From contig NZ_JASAMB010000002.1 of NCBI RefSeq assembly GCF_029948125.1, forward strand, positions 262,479 through 326,478: a stretch of 64,000 bases of DNA, given 5' to 3'. Shown piece after piece: positions 1 through 9,050 of this stretch. Numbering within the stretch: the stretch's first letter is position 1; each line of letters starts with the position of its first letter. This stretch comes from Catellatospora sp. KI3. GTDB lineage: Bacteria > Actinomycetota > Actinomycetes > Mycobacteriales > Micromonosporaceae. The notes under the pieces are model-generated. The model had not been told where the DNA came from, made no database searches, and worked only from the letters and a program-made list of their open reading frames with translations. Position numbers and translations under genes: made by a program.

Positions 1-14
1 CCCGAGGATCCGCT

Positions 15-992
15 ATGAGTGACATCAACGCCGCGACCGAGACCGTCGCCGGAGCGCCGACCACGTCGACCGCCCCGGCGCCCGCCAAGGACTCGAACAC
101 CGCCCCCGCCAAGGAGCGCAACGCCAGCCTGTGGTCGGACGCCGGGCGCGAACTCGTCCGCAATCCGGCGTTCATGATCTCCCTCGGGTACATCCTGCTG
201 ATGGTCTCGATGGCGATCGTGCCCTGGTTGTGGACCAGCCGGGACCCTGCGATCTGCGACATCAAGCAGTCCAAGCTCCCGCCGTTCACCGGCGACCACC
301 TGCTCGGCACCAGCGTGAACGGCTGCGACTACTGGTCGCACATCGTGTACGGCGTGCGGCCCTCGCTGCTCATCGCACTGCTGGCGACCATCGGCATCAC
401 CTTCCTGGGCGTGACCCTGGGCGTGCTGTCGGGCTTCTTCGGCGGCTGGGTCGACGCGATCGTCTCCCGTATCGCGGACATGATCTACTCGCTGCCGTAC
501 CTGCTGGGTGCGCTGGTGTTCCTCACCGTGATGCGCAAGAGCGAGCTGATGACCCGTAGCCAGAACAGCCAGGTGGTCGTCATCGCGATCGTGCTGGTGA
601 TCCTCGGCTGGGTCGGCGTCACCCGGATCATGCGCGGCAGCGTGCTGGCCGCCAAGAACCTCGACTTCGTCCACGCGGCGAAGGCGCTGGGTGCGACCAA
701 TTCGCGGATCATGTTCCGGCACATCCTGCCGAACGCGATCGCTCCGGTGATCGTGGTGGCCACCATCGCGCTGGGCTCGTTCATCGCGGCAGAGGCGACG
801 CTGACCTTCCTCGGCGCCGGCCTGCAGGCGCCGGCCGTCTCCTGGGGCGTCATGATCGCGGGGCACATCCAGTACTTCTTCGAGTACCCGTACCTCGTGC
901 TCGTCCCGTGCGGGTTCCTGGTGGGCACGGTGCTCTCGTTCATCCTGATGGGCGACGCGCTCCGCGACGCTCTCGACCCGAAGCTGAGGTGA
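15..992 (+). CDS. Oligopeptide/dipeptide ABC transporter permease (OppC/DppC-type, BPD inner-membrane component)
   Basis: 325-aa ORF with multiple hydrophobic helices. C-terminal half matches the OppC/DppC permease EAA-loop region. Directly followed by two Opp-type ATPase genes. Confidence 0.8.
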   Translation: MSDINAATETVAGAPTTSTAPAPAKDSNTAPAKERNASLWSDAGRELVRNPAFMISLGYILLMVSMAIVPWLWTSRDPAICDIKQSKLPPFTGDHLLGTSVNGCDYWSHIVYGVRPSLLIALLATIGITFLGVTLGVLSGFFGGWVDAIVSRIADMIYSLPYLLGALVFLTVMRKSELMTRSQNSQVVVIAIVLVILGWVGVTRIMRGSVLAAKNLDFVHAAKALGATNSRIMFRHILPNAIAPVIVVATIALGSFIAAEATLTFLGAGLQAPAVSWGVMIAGHIQYFFEYPYLVLVPCGFLVGTVLSFILMGDALRDALDPKLR

Positions 993-996
993 GAAC

Positions 997-2031
997 ATGA
1001 CTGAGGTTTCGGTCGACTTCAGCCCCGCCCTGCGCGGGACCGAGCAGAGCGCGCCGCTGCTGCAGGTGGAGGACCTCCGGGTGGAGTTCCGCACCCGGGT
1101 CGGCGTCGCCAAGGCGATCAACGGAGTGTCGTTCGAGGTCAACTCGGGCGAGACGCTGGCGATCCTGGGCGAGTCCGGCTGCGGCAAGTCAGTGACCGCG
1201 CAGGCGATCATGGGCATCCTGGACAGCCCGCCCGGTTTCATCACCGGCGGCGAGATCCGGTACCGCGGCGTGGACCTGCTCAAGCGCACCGACGAGGAGC
1301 GCCGACTGGTCCGGGCCAACAAGATCGCGATGATCTTCCAGGACGCGCTGTCGGCGCTGAACCCGGTCTTCACGGTCGGGTTCCAGCTGGCGGAGCTGTT
1401 CCGCAAGCACCGCGGCATGTCCCGGGCGGACGCCAAGAAGCGCTCCATCGAGCTGCTGGATCTGGTCAAGATCCCGGCGGCGAGGCAGCGGGTGAACGAC
1501 TTCCCGCACCAGTTCTCGGGCGGTATGCGCCAGCGCGTGATGATCGCGATGGCGCTGGCGCTCGACCCGGAGCTGCTCATCGCCGACGAGCCCACGACCG
1601 CACTGGACGTCACCGTCCAGGCGCAGATCATGGGCCTGCTGGGCGAGCTGCAGCGGGAGCGCAACATGGGCCTGATCCTGATCACCCACGACATGGGTGT
1701 GGTCGCCGACGTGGCGGACCGCATCAACGTCATGTACGCGGGCCGGATCGTGGAGAAGGCGCCGGTGTACGACATCTACGCCAAGCCGTCCCACCCGTAC
1801 ACCAAGGCGCTGCTCGAGTCGATCCCCCGGGTCGACCTCAAGGGGCAGCAGCTGAACGTGATCAAGGGCCTGCCGCCGAACCTGACCCGGATCCCGGCCG
1901 GTTGCGCGTTCAACCCCCGGTGCCGGTACACGCAGGACGTCTGCAAGGCCGACCCGGTGCCGCCGCTGCACCAGATCCAGCCCGGCATCGCCAGTGCCTG
2001 CCACTTCTGGAAGGAGGTCCGCGGTGAGTGA
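997..2031 (+). CDS. Peptide ABC transporter ATP-binding protein (OppD/DppD-like)
   Basis: Walker [12 protein letters not shown] signature FSGGMRQRV, Walker [13 protein letters not shown], and the C-terminal oligopeptide-transporter extension with Cys motif (CAFNPRCRY...CHFW). Confidence 0.9.
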   Translation: MTEVSVDFSPALRGTEQSAPLLQVEDLRVEFRTRVGVAKAINGVSFEVNSGETLAILGESGCGKSVTAQAIMGILDSPPGFITGGEIRYRGVDLLKRTDEERRLVRANKIAMIFQDALSALNPVFTVGFQLAELFRKHRGMSRADAKKRSIELLDLVKIPAARQRVNDFPHQFSGGMRQRVMIAMALALDPELLIADEPTTALDVTVQAQIMGLLGELQRERNMGLILITHDMGVVADVADRINVMYAGRIVEKAPVYDIYAKPSHPYTKALLESIPRVDLKGQQLNVIKGLPPNLTRIPAGCAFNPRCRYTQDVCKADPVPPLHQIQPGIASACHFWKEVRGE

Positions 2032-3034
2032 CGTCGTGCTCGAAACCCGCGACCTGGTCAAGCACTTCCCGTTGACCAGGGGCATCCTCTTCAAGACCAA
2101 GATCGGCGCGGTACGGGCGGTCGACGGGATCAACCTGCAGCTGCACCGGGGCGAGACCCTCGGCGTGGTGGGCGAGTCGGGCTGCGGCAAGTCCACCCTG
2201 GCCAAGCTGCTGGTCGGCCTGGAGAAGCCCACCAGCGGATCCATCGTCGTCCGCGGCCAGGACACCTCGAAGCTCAGCGGCGAGGCGATACGGCGGGCTC
2301 GGCGCAACATCCAGCTCGTGATGCAGGACCCGTACACGTCGCTGAACCCGCGCATGACGGTCGGCGACATCATCGGTGAGCCGTACGAGATCCACACCGA
2401 CGTCGCGCCCAAGGGCGACCGTCGGCGCCGGGTCCAGGAACTGCTCGAACTGGTGGGTCTGAACCCCGAGCACATCAACCGCTACCCGCACCAGTTCTCC
2501 GGCGGCCAGCGCCAGCGCATCGGCATCGCCCGCGCGCTCGCGCTCAAGCCGGAGATCATCCTCTGCGACGAGCCGGTCTCCGCGCTCGACATCTCGATCC
2601 AGGCCCAGGTCATGAACCTGCTGGACGAGCTGCAGAAGGAGATGGGGCTGTCGTACATCTTCATCGCCCATGACCTGTCAGTGGTGCGCCACATCGCCGA
2701 CCGCGTGGCCGTGATGTACCTCGGCAAGGTGGTCGAGTCCGGCACGGACGTGCAGATCTACGACCAGCCGACCCACCCGTACACGCAGGCGCTGCTGTCG
2801 GCGGTGCCGGTGCCGGACCCGACACTGCGCGGGCACCGGGACCAGATCGTGCTGGAGGGCGACGTGCCGTCACCGGCCAACCCGCCCTCGGGCTGCCGCT
2901 TCCGCACCCGGTGCTGGAAGGTGCAGGACATCTGCGCCACCCAGGAGCCGCTGCTGCAGATCTCGGCGAAGTCGGCGCACCCGAGCGCCTGCCACTTCGC
3001 GGAGGTGCGGGACGTGGTCCACGCCACCCAGTGA
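2024..3034 (+). CDS. Peptide ABC transporter ATP-binding protein (OppF/DppF-like)
   Basis: Walker [10 protein letters not shown], signature [15 protein letters not shown], Walker [15 protein letters not shown] start at 2024 overlaps the upstream stop by 8 nt (the ORF track gives 1994). Confidence 0.88.
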   Translation: MSDVVLETRDLVKHFPLTRGILFKTKIGAVRAVDGINLQLHRGETLGVVGESGCGKSTLAKLLVGLEKPTSGSIVVRGQDTSKLSGEAIRRARRNIQLVMQDPYTSLNPRMTVGDIIGEPYEIHTDVAPKGDRRRRVQELLELVGLNPEHINRYPHQFSGGQRQRIGIARALALKPEIILCDEPVSALDISIQAQVMNLLDELQKEMGLSYIFIAHDLSVVRHIADRVAVMYLGKVVESGTDVQIYDQPTHPYTQALLSAVPVPDPTLRGHRDQIVLEGDVPSPANPPSGCRFRTRCWKVQDICATQEPLLQISAKSAHPSACHFAEVRDVVHATQ

Positions 3035-3241
3035 TCCGGGTGGAGTGACTCCCGGTGGCGAACGGTCGGGTTGGTTGAGCCTCCGGCCAGACCGTCCGCC
3101 ACCGGGTCAACATAGAGCAGGGCACCGCACGCGACGCGAGCGGTGCCCTGTGCTTACTTCCCACCCCACCACCTACCCCACCCCGCCACCGCCCCGCGCC
3201 TTCAGCGCTTTCCGTGCCCGCCCCTCCGGGCCTTCCTCGTC

Positions 3242-3350
3242 CGCCGGATTCGCCGGATTCGCCGGGTCCGCCGCGTCCGCCGCGTCCGCCGCGTCCGCCG
3301 CGTCCGCCGCGTCCGCCGCGTCCGCCGGGTCCGCCGCGTCCGGCCTGCGC
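3242..3350. repeat. Tandem 9-bp repeat array (about 12 units; core CGCCGCGTC x6, flanked by CGCCGGATT/CGCCGGGTC variants)
   Basis: Directly visible perfect and near-perfect 9-nt periodicity. It produces spurious RVRRVRR and PRPPRPP ORFs in two frames. Confidence 0.85.
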
Positions 3351-3393
3351 CCGCCGCGTCCGAGCGGGCGGTTTGCGCCTCGCGGGCCCGTGT

Positions 3394-3612
3394 GGGCATG
3401 GGGCGGCGGCGAAAGATTGCGGTCAGCGGTCAGAAGGTCGCGCTTGGCCGGAGCTTCTGACCGCAAGTGATGATCTTCAGCGGGGCTGGCGGGCCTGCGG
3501 GGCCTGGGGGGCATGGGGTGGCGGAAGATCGCGGTTTGCGGTCAGAAGGTGGCCCTGGGGCGGAGCCTCTGACCGTAAGAGCTGATCTTCGGCTGGAGAT
3601 CAGCTCTTACGG
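3394..3612. repeat. Duplicated ~90-bp structured module (unit 1 ~3394-3483, unit 2 ~3508-3595) plus a 3' hairpin
   Basis: Both units begin GGGCATGGGG, then GGCGGA(A)AGAT.GCGGT. Each contains a hairpin GGTCAGAAG(N17)CTTCTGACC (3428-3472; 3540-3573 with one mismatch). They are followed by hairpin AAGAGCTGATCT...AGATCAGCTCTT (3577-3608). Confidence 0.8.
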
Positions 3613-3824
3613 TCACAACCTGGCGTTTTCCGCGAGGGGCGGGCAGGGGACTGACCTGAAGCGGTGATCTTCGAGGCGGGCTGTCCCGCGATGCGGGAGT
3701 AAGCCAGGCATCCCCATGGGTCGATGCACCGAGAGTGACCGCAATCGGCGATCTAGGGCGATCGCGGGTCCGAAATCCGGGAGCGGAGAGCGATTTGGCC
3801 CGGATCCAGCCCGGCCGACACCAG

Positions 3825-3869
3825 CCTACCTGGAGGGCGGATCATCTATGCCCGTCCTCTAGGTAGGCC
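3825..3869. repeat. Dispersed palindromic repeat, family B copy 1 (short form)
   Basis: AGCCTACCTGGAGG-(20 nt)-CCTCTAGGTAGGCC. The 3' half TCCTCTAGGTAGGCCAGTGTCGAT closely matches copies at 27616-27679 and 62938-63003. Confidence 0.6.
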
Positions 3870-4017
3870 AGTGTCGATGCGTCGCGGAAGGCGCGACCGT
3901 GCGGAGTGCGGTAGCCGGCGACGGACGGAGTAGGAGTGCCCCGGCCGGCGACGGACGGAGCGGTGTCGATGGCGGTGGGGTGGGCGGCGGTGGGGTGGGC
4001 CGGGGTGGGGCTGCGGG

Positions 4018-4302
4018 TCAGAGTGGGCCGCGGCCGGCGCGGAGGAGGAGCAGGGCGAGCTGGGCGCCGTCCGTACCGAGCTCGGCGCGGAAACGGTCCA
4101 TGATCTCGCGTTCGCGGCTGAGGACCAGCCGCGTGCCGCCCGAGGCGACCCGGACCCGGCCGACCTGCTGCGAGATCGCGGCGCGCTCCTGCCACAGTGC
4201 GATGAGCGCGGCGTCGATGGCGTCGATGCGCTCCCGCATCGACGTGATCTCGGCGGCGGCCTCCGGCGCTGCGGTGCCGGTCTGCTGGGCGATGGCACTC
4301 AT
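4018..4302 (-). CDS. Chorismate mutase (small AroQ-class, about 94 aa)
   Basis: Size and sequence (ERIDAIDAALIALWQERAAISQQVGRVR...SREREIMDRF) are typical of monofunctional AroQ chorismate mutases. Its position next to uvrD1/pcrA mirrors mycobacterial Rv0948c-Rv0949. Confidence 0.75.
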   Translation of the reverse strand: MSAIAQQTGTAAPEAAAEITSMRERIDAIDAALIALWQERAAISQQVGRVRVASGGTRLVLSREREIMDRFRAELGTDGAQLALLLLRAGRGPL

Positions 4303-4351
4303 GAGTTACTCCTCGGTGGGATCGTCGCTCGTCGGGTGCCCCGGGCAGAAG

Positions 4352-4384
4352 AAAAGCCCCGGGCTCGTCGAGCCCGGGGCTTTT
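4352..4384 (-). terminator. Rho-independent terminator hairpin (GCCCCGGGCTCGTCGAGCCCGGGGC) with A/T-rich flanks
   Basis: Perfect 10-bp stem with 5-nt loop, followed by a T-run on the minus strand. Lies downstream of the minus-strand 5'-nucleotidase gene. Confidence 0.6.
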
Positions 4385-4536
4385 CGTCAGGTCTGCTGCT
4401 CAGTCAGGCGCGACCTACGGCTGCCGGGGCTCCGGAGCCATAGGTAAAGTAGAACGCCTGCTTGATCACGTCGCCAAGTATGCCACGGATGCCCGCCGAC
4501 GCAATCGAGCCGACCATCATGTGAGAGCCGTCCTGC

Positions 4537-6384
4537 TCAGCCGAGCTTGGTGATGCGGTCGGCGGTACCCGGTGCGATCGGGCCGGTCGCCAGGTGCGCG
4601 ACCAGCGCGTCGACGTCGAAGCCGGGCGCGGTGACCCGACCCGTGCCGCCGGTCAGCGCGGTGAAGCCGTCGCCGCCGTTGGCCAGGAAGTCGTTGGTCG
4701 TCACCAGGTATGTCGCGGCCGGGTCGATCGGGGTGCCGTTGAGCGCCAGGTTCGACACCCGCGAGCCGAGCGGCAGCGTGGTGTTGTACGAGTAGGTGAA
4801 GCCCGCCGACACCTGCAGGAACTTGGTCGTCGTCTGCCCGAGGTAGCCGGTGAACTGCTGCTCCAGCACCTCTTTGAGCTGCGCTCCGGTCAGCGACTGG
4901 GTCACCACGAGGTTGTTGAACGGCTGCACCGTGAACGCCTCGCCGTAGGTGACCTGGCCGGGTGCCTCGCCACCGGGGGAGTTGGTGTAGCTCAGCGCGG
5001 CCCGGATGCCGCCGGGGTTCATCAGCGCCAGCTGCGCACCGGCCGAGGAGGTCCAGGCGAGCTGGGCGTCGGCGATGACGTCGCCCAGGGGGCTCTCGCC
5101 ACTGGGCTTGGCGTCGCGGGGGATATCGGCGGTGATGCTGCCGACGACCCGGTTGGCCAGCGGCGCGACCGCGGTGCGGTACTTGTCCGCGATCACCTTG
5201 GCGGCCGGGTCGATCAGGGCGGGGTTGCGCACGTACACGCCCGGGGCGCTGGTCTGCCAGGTGCCGTCGGCGTTGCGTACGCCGTTCTCGACGATCACGT
5301 TGCGCGCCGCGATGGAGCTGAACGTGCGGGTGTGGCGGTCCATCGTCATGGTGATGTCGGTGACCAGGGTGCCGTTGGTGCCCGCGCTGGTGACCACGAC
5401 CGGCTTGCCGGTCGCGTTCGGCAGCGAGCAGGAGTAGAACCGGTGCGTGTGGCCGGAGACCACGACGCCGAACTCGTCGCGCAGCCCGGCCACGATCGGG
5501 GTGATCGCGCCCGCGAACGCCGCGCAGGTGGAGATGTCGCCGGTCGGGCCCTGCAGGCCGCCCTCGTGGATCAGCAGCACCTGGGCCTTGACGCCGAGCA
5601 GGCGCAGGATGCCGCCCCACAGGTTGGCGGTCTGGATCTCGTCCTTGAACTCGACCGAGGTGATGCCTGCCGGGTTGACGATGGTCGGCGTGGCCTCCAG
5701 GGTCATGCCGACGAAGCCGACCGGCACCCCGTCGATGATCTTCACGCTGACCGGGGGCAGCACCGGCAGGTGCGTGCGCTTGTCCACCACGTTGGCGGCC
5801 AGGTACGTGAACTCGGCTCCGTCGAAGCCGTCGCCGTCCACGCAGCCGTCGACGGGGTGGCAGCCGCCGTTCTGCAGCCGCTTGAGCTCGATCACGCCCT
5901 CGTCGAACTCGTGGTTGCCGACCGAGGTGATCTCCAGACCGAGCTCGCTGAGCAGCTCGATCGTGGGCTCGTCGTGGAACGCGGCGCTGACCAGCGGGCT
6001 GGCGCCCACCATGTCGCCCGCGCCGACGGTGACCACGTCGCGTCCGGCGGCGACGTTCTCGGCCCGCAGCTTCTTGACCCAGGTGGCGAGGTACTCGACC
6101 CCGCCGGCCGGGTTGCCGACGACCAGGCCGCCGCTGCCGGTGGGCGGGTCGATGGCGCCGTGGAAGTCGTTGAAGGCCAGCAGTGCGCCGTTGGCGGTAC
6201 GGGTGGCCGCCTGCGGCTCGGTCAGCGTGAGCGAGACCGGGGTGAGGGGGGTCCACGCGGCGGGCGTGGTGTCAGCGCTGGATCCGCCGGTCGGCGAGAT
6301 CGCCGCGACGACGGCCACCGCGAGCGCCGGGGCGGCCAGCACCCGCAGCGCGCTCGTCCAGCCCCGATGGCGGGGGTGACTCAT
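4537..6384 (-). CDS. Secreted bifunctional metallophosphoesterase / 5'-nucleotidase (UshA-like)
   Basis: 615 aa. N-terminal signal peptide (RHRGWTSALRVLAAPALAVAVVAA). Calcineurin-like metallophosphatase motifs including GNHEFD, plus a C-terminal 5'-nucleotidase substrate-binding domain. Confidence 0.8.
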   Translation of the reverse strand: MSHPRHRGWTSALRVLAAPALAVAVVAAISPTGGSSADTTPAAWTPLTPVSLTLTEPQAATRTANGALLAFNDFHGAIDPPTGSGGLVVGNPAGGVEYLATWVKKLRAENVAAGRDVVTVGAGDMVGASPLVSAAFHDEPTIELLSELGLEITSVGNHEFDEGVIELKRLQNGGCHPVDGCVDGDGFDGAEFTYLAANVVDKRTHLPVLPPVSVKIIDGVPVGFVGMTLEATPTIVNPAGITSVEFKDEIQTANLWGGILRLLGVKAQVLLIHEGGLQGPTGDISTCAAFAGAITPIVAGLRDEFGVVVSGHTHRFYSCSLPNATGKPVVVTSAGTNGTLVTDITMTMDRHTRTFSSIAARNVIVENGVRNADGTWQTSAPGVYVRNPALIDPAAKVIADKYRTAVAPLANRVVGSITADIPRDAKPSGESPLGDVIADAQLAWTSSAGAQLALMNPGGIRAALSYTNSPGGEAPGQVTYGEAFTVQPFNNLVVTQSLTGAQLKEVLEQQFTGYLGQTTTKFLQVSAGFTYSYNTTLPLGSRVSNLALNGTPIDPAATYLVTTNDFLANGGDGFTALTGGTGRVTAPGFDVDALVAHLATGPIAPGTADRITKLG

Positions 6385-6543
6385 AAAGAGGCCTCCATTG
6401 TCTGCGTCGCGCTCCTATGCGCGACTGGCTATGCACATCCTGGGGTAGTCCGCGCGCTCGCGCCACCAGTGCCCGGTGATGTTTGGGTGACCGGGCGGTC
6501 AGCGCGAGGTGCTGTCAGCCGGGACGCATAGACTCACGAGACG

Positions 6544-8928
6544 ATGCATGCTCTCTTCGACCTCCCCGATGCCACACCGTCCGCACCCGGGCCGCGTGGC
6601 GGCCTGCCCGCGTCCGAGCAGGGGGCCCGCGGCGGCGACCACGCCCGGGTCGCGAAGCTGCTGGACGGACTCAACGAACCCCAGCGCGCCGCGGTGGTGC
6701 ACGCGGGCGGCCCGCTGCTGATCGTCGCCGGTGCGGGCTCGGGCAAGACCCGGGTGCTGACCCAGCGCATCGCGTACCTGCTGGCCGCCCGGGACGTGCA
6801 CCCGGGCGAGATCCTCGCGATCACGTTCACCAACAAGGCGGCCGGCGAGCTGCGCGAGCGCGTCGCGCACCAGGTCGGCAACCGGGCCCGGATGATGTGG
6901 GTCTCCACCTTCCACTCGGCCTGCCTGCGCATCCTGCGCACCGAGCACGAGCACGCCGGGCTGAAGTCGTCCTTCTCGATCTACGACGCGGACGACTCGC
7001 GGCGGTTGATGCAGCTGGTCTCGCGCGAGCTCGACCTGGATCCGAAGCGCTACCCGCCGCGGAGCCTGGCCGCGCAGGTGTCGAACCTGAAGAACGAGCT
7101 GATCGACCCGGAGGCGTTCGTGGCGAGCGGTCCGGCCCAGCGGGTGCTGGCCGAGGCCTACACGCTCTACCAGCAGCGGCTCCAGCAGGCGCACGCGCTC
7201 GACTTCGACGACATCATCATGCGTACGGTGCACCTGCTCCAGGCCAAGCCGGAGGTCGCCGAGAAGTACCGGCGCCGGTTCAAGCACGTGCTGGTCGACG
7301 AGTACCAGGACACCAACCACGCGCAGTACATGCTGGTCAAGGAGCTGGTGGGGGACACCGGCGAGCTGTGCGTGGTCGGTGACGCGGACCAGTCGATCTA
7401 CGCCTTCCGGGGTGCGACCATCCGCAACATCCTGGAGTTCGAGCGTGACTACCCGCAGGCCACCACGATCCTGCTGGAGCAGAACTACCGCTCCACCCAG
7501 ACCATCCTGAGCGCGGCCAACGCGGTGATCGACCGCAACGCCGACCGCAAGCCCAAGCGGCTCTGGAGCGACCAGGGCGCCGGCGAGCGGATCACCGGTT
7601 ACGTGGCCGACAACGAGCACGCCGAGGCCGACTGGGTGGCCCGCGAGATCGACCGGCTGTGCGACGCGAACGCGGCCCGGCCGGGCGACGTGGCGGTCTT
7701 CTACCGTACGAACGCGCAGTCCCGGGTGTTCGAGGACATCTTCATCCGGCTCGGGCTGCCGTACAAGGTCGTCGGCGGGGTGCGCTTCTACGAGCGCAAG
7801 GAGGTCCGCGACGCGCTGGCCTACCTGCGCGCGATCGCCAACGAGGACGACACCGTCAGCATGCGGCGCGTCCTCAACACCCCCAAGCGCGGCCTGGGCG
7901 ACCGGGCCGAGGCGGTGGTGGAGGCGCTGGCGGCGCGCGAGCGCGTCTCGTTCGGGGCGGCGCTGCGCCGGGCCGCGGAGGCCCCCGGCATCGCCACCCG
8001 CGCGGTCAACTCGATCAACGACTTCCTGGCGATGCTGGACGAGGCGCGCGAGCTGTCCCGCGAGGCGCCGCCGGAAGCCGTGCTGGAGCTGATCCTGTCC
8101 CGGTCGGGCCTGCTGGCCGAGCTGGAGGCGAGCCTGGACCCGCAGGACGAGGGCCGGGTGGAGAACCTGCAGGAGCTCGTCAGCGTCGCCCGGGAGTACG
8201 CCGAGCGCACCGCCGCCGCCGACGAGACCCCGACCCTGGCCGGGTTCCTGGAGCAGGTGGCGCTGGTCGCCGACGCCGACCAGGTTCCGTCCGACGATCC
8301 GGACCACCAGGGCGTGGTCACGATGATGACGCTGCACACCGCCAAGGGGCTGGAGTTCCCGGTGGTGTTCCTGACCGGCCTGGAGGACGGCGTCTTCCCG
8401 CACCTGCGCTCGCTTGGCGAGGTCAAGGAGCTGGAGGAGGAGCGGCGGTTGGCCTATGTCGGCATCACCCGCGCCCGGCACCGGCTCTACCTGTCCCGCG
8501 CGGTGACCCGTTCGGCCTGGGGCCAGCCGCAGTACAACCCGGCGTCGCGGTTCCTGGAGGAGCTGCCGCCGGAGCTGCTCGACTGGAAGCGCACCGCGGA
8601 CTCGGTCAGCTCGTGGGGCGGCGACCGGGGCGGCATCGGCGGCCGCGAGCGCAGCCAGGAGCGGTCTTCGGGCAGCTTCGTCGGCGGCACCAGCCGCGCG
8701 GCGGCGCTGGCCAGCCGGATCGGCGTGGACCCGAGCAAGCTCGCCACCGCCAGCGACCTGGCGTCGGCTCCGGCGCTGTCGGCGGGCGACCGCGTCAACC
8801 ACCAGCGGTACGGCCTGGGCCGGGTGCTCGCGGTGCAGGGGGTCGGCGCGCGGGCGCAGGCGCAGGTCGACTTCGGCGACCAGGTGCTGTGGCTGGTGGT
8901 CCGGCACGCGCCGATCGAGAAGATCTGA
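6544..8928 (+). CDS. pcrA: ATP-dependent DNA helicase PcrA/UvrD (UvrD1-like)
   Basis: 794 aa. Walker A AGAGSGKT, UvrD-family helicase motifs (TFTNKAAGELRERV, VDEYQDTN, TLHTAKGLEF), and a C-terminal extension with a Tudor-like segment. Confidence 0.9.
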   Translation: MHALFDLPDATPSAPGPRGGLPASEQGARGGDHARVAKLLDGLNEPQRAAVVHAGGPLLIVAGAGSGKTRVLTQRIAYLLAARDVHPGEILAITFTNKAAGELRERVAHQVGNRARMMWVSTFHSACLRILRTEHEHAGLKSSFSIYDADDSRRLMQLVSRELDLDPKRYPPRSLAAQVSNLKNELIDPEAFVASGPAQRVLAEAYTLYQQRLQQAHALDFDDIIMRTVHLLQAKPEVAEKYRRRFKHVLVDEYQDTNHAQYMLVKELVGDTGELCVVGDADQSIYAFRGATIRNILEFERDYPQATTILLEQNYRSTQTILSAANAVIDRNADRKPKRLWSDQGAGERITGYVADNEHAEADWVAREIDRLCDANAARPGDVAVFYRTNAQSRVFEDIFIRLGLPYKVVGGVRFYERKEVRDALAYLRAIANEDDTVSMRRVLNTPKRGLGDRAEAVVEALAARERVSFGAALRRAAEAPGIATRAVNSINDFLAMLDEARELSREAPPEAVLELILSRSGLLAELEASLDPQDEGRVENLQELVSVAREYAERTAAADETPTLAGFLEQVALVADADQVPSDDPDHQGVVTMMTLHTAKGLEFPVVFLTGLEDGVFPHLRSLGEVKELEEERRLAYVGITRARHRLYLSRAVTRSAWGQPQYNPASRFLEELPPELLDWKRTADSVSSWGGDRGGIGGRERSQERSSGSFVGGTSRAAALASRIGVDPSKLATASDLASAPALSAGDRVNHQRYGLGRVLAVQGVGARAQAQVDFGDQVLWLVVRHAPIEKI

Positions 8929-8969
8929 CCGCGGCTCTCCACCGCGACGCGAAAGACATGCGGAAAGAC

Positions 8970-9001
8970 GTGTGGCCCGGATCGGGGGATCCGGGCCACA
9001 C
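8970..9001. terminator. Bidirectional terminator hairpin GTGTGGCCCGGATC-GGGG-GATCCGGGCCACAC
   Basis: Perfect 14-bp inverted repeat between convergent pcrA (+) and the M23 peptidase (-). Confidence 0.6.
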
Positions 9002-9050
9002 GTTCTTGGGGGGATGGGGTGGTGCTGGGGATGGGCGGGTCGGTGGGCTG

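Noticed and set aside
1189-2671. Long minus-strand ORFs (429 aa, 253 aa) antisense to the oppD/oppF ATPase genes
   Set aside because: Antisense shadow ORFs typical of high-GC DNA. The translations are Arg/Gly/Asp/Val-rich with no motifs, while the sense strand has unambiguous ABC ATPase signatures.
3242-3350. Possible CRISPR array
   Set aside because: Units are 9 bp and contiguous, with no spacers. CRISPR repeats are 24-48 bp separated by unique spacers, and no cas genes are nearby.
3143-3585. ORFs translating to RVRRVRRVRR and PRPPRPPRPP repeats
   Set aside because: They are direct read-outs of the 9-bp tandem DNA repeat in three frames. No start context, and the low complexity comes purely from the repeat.
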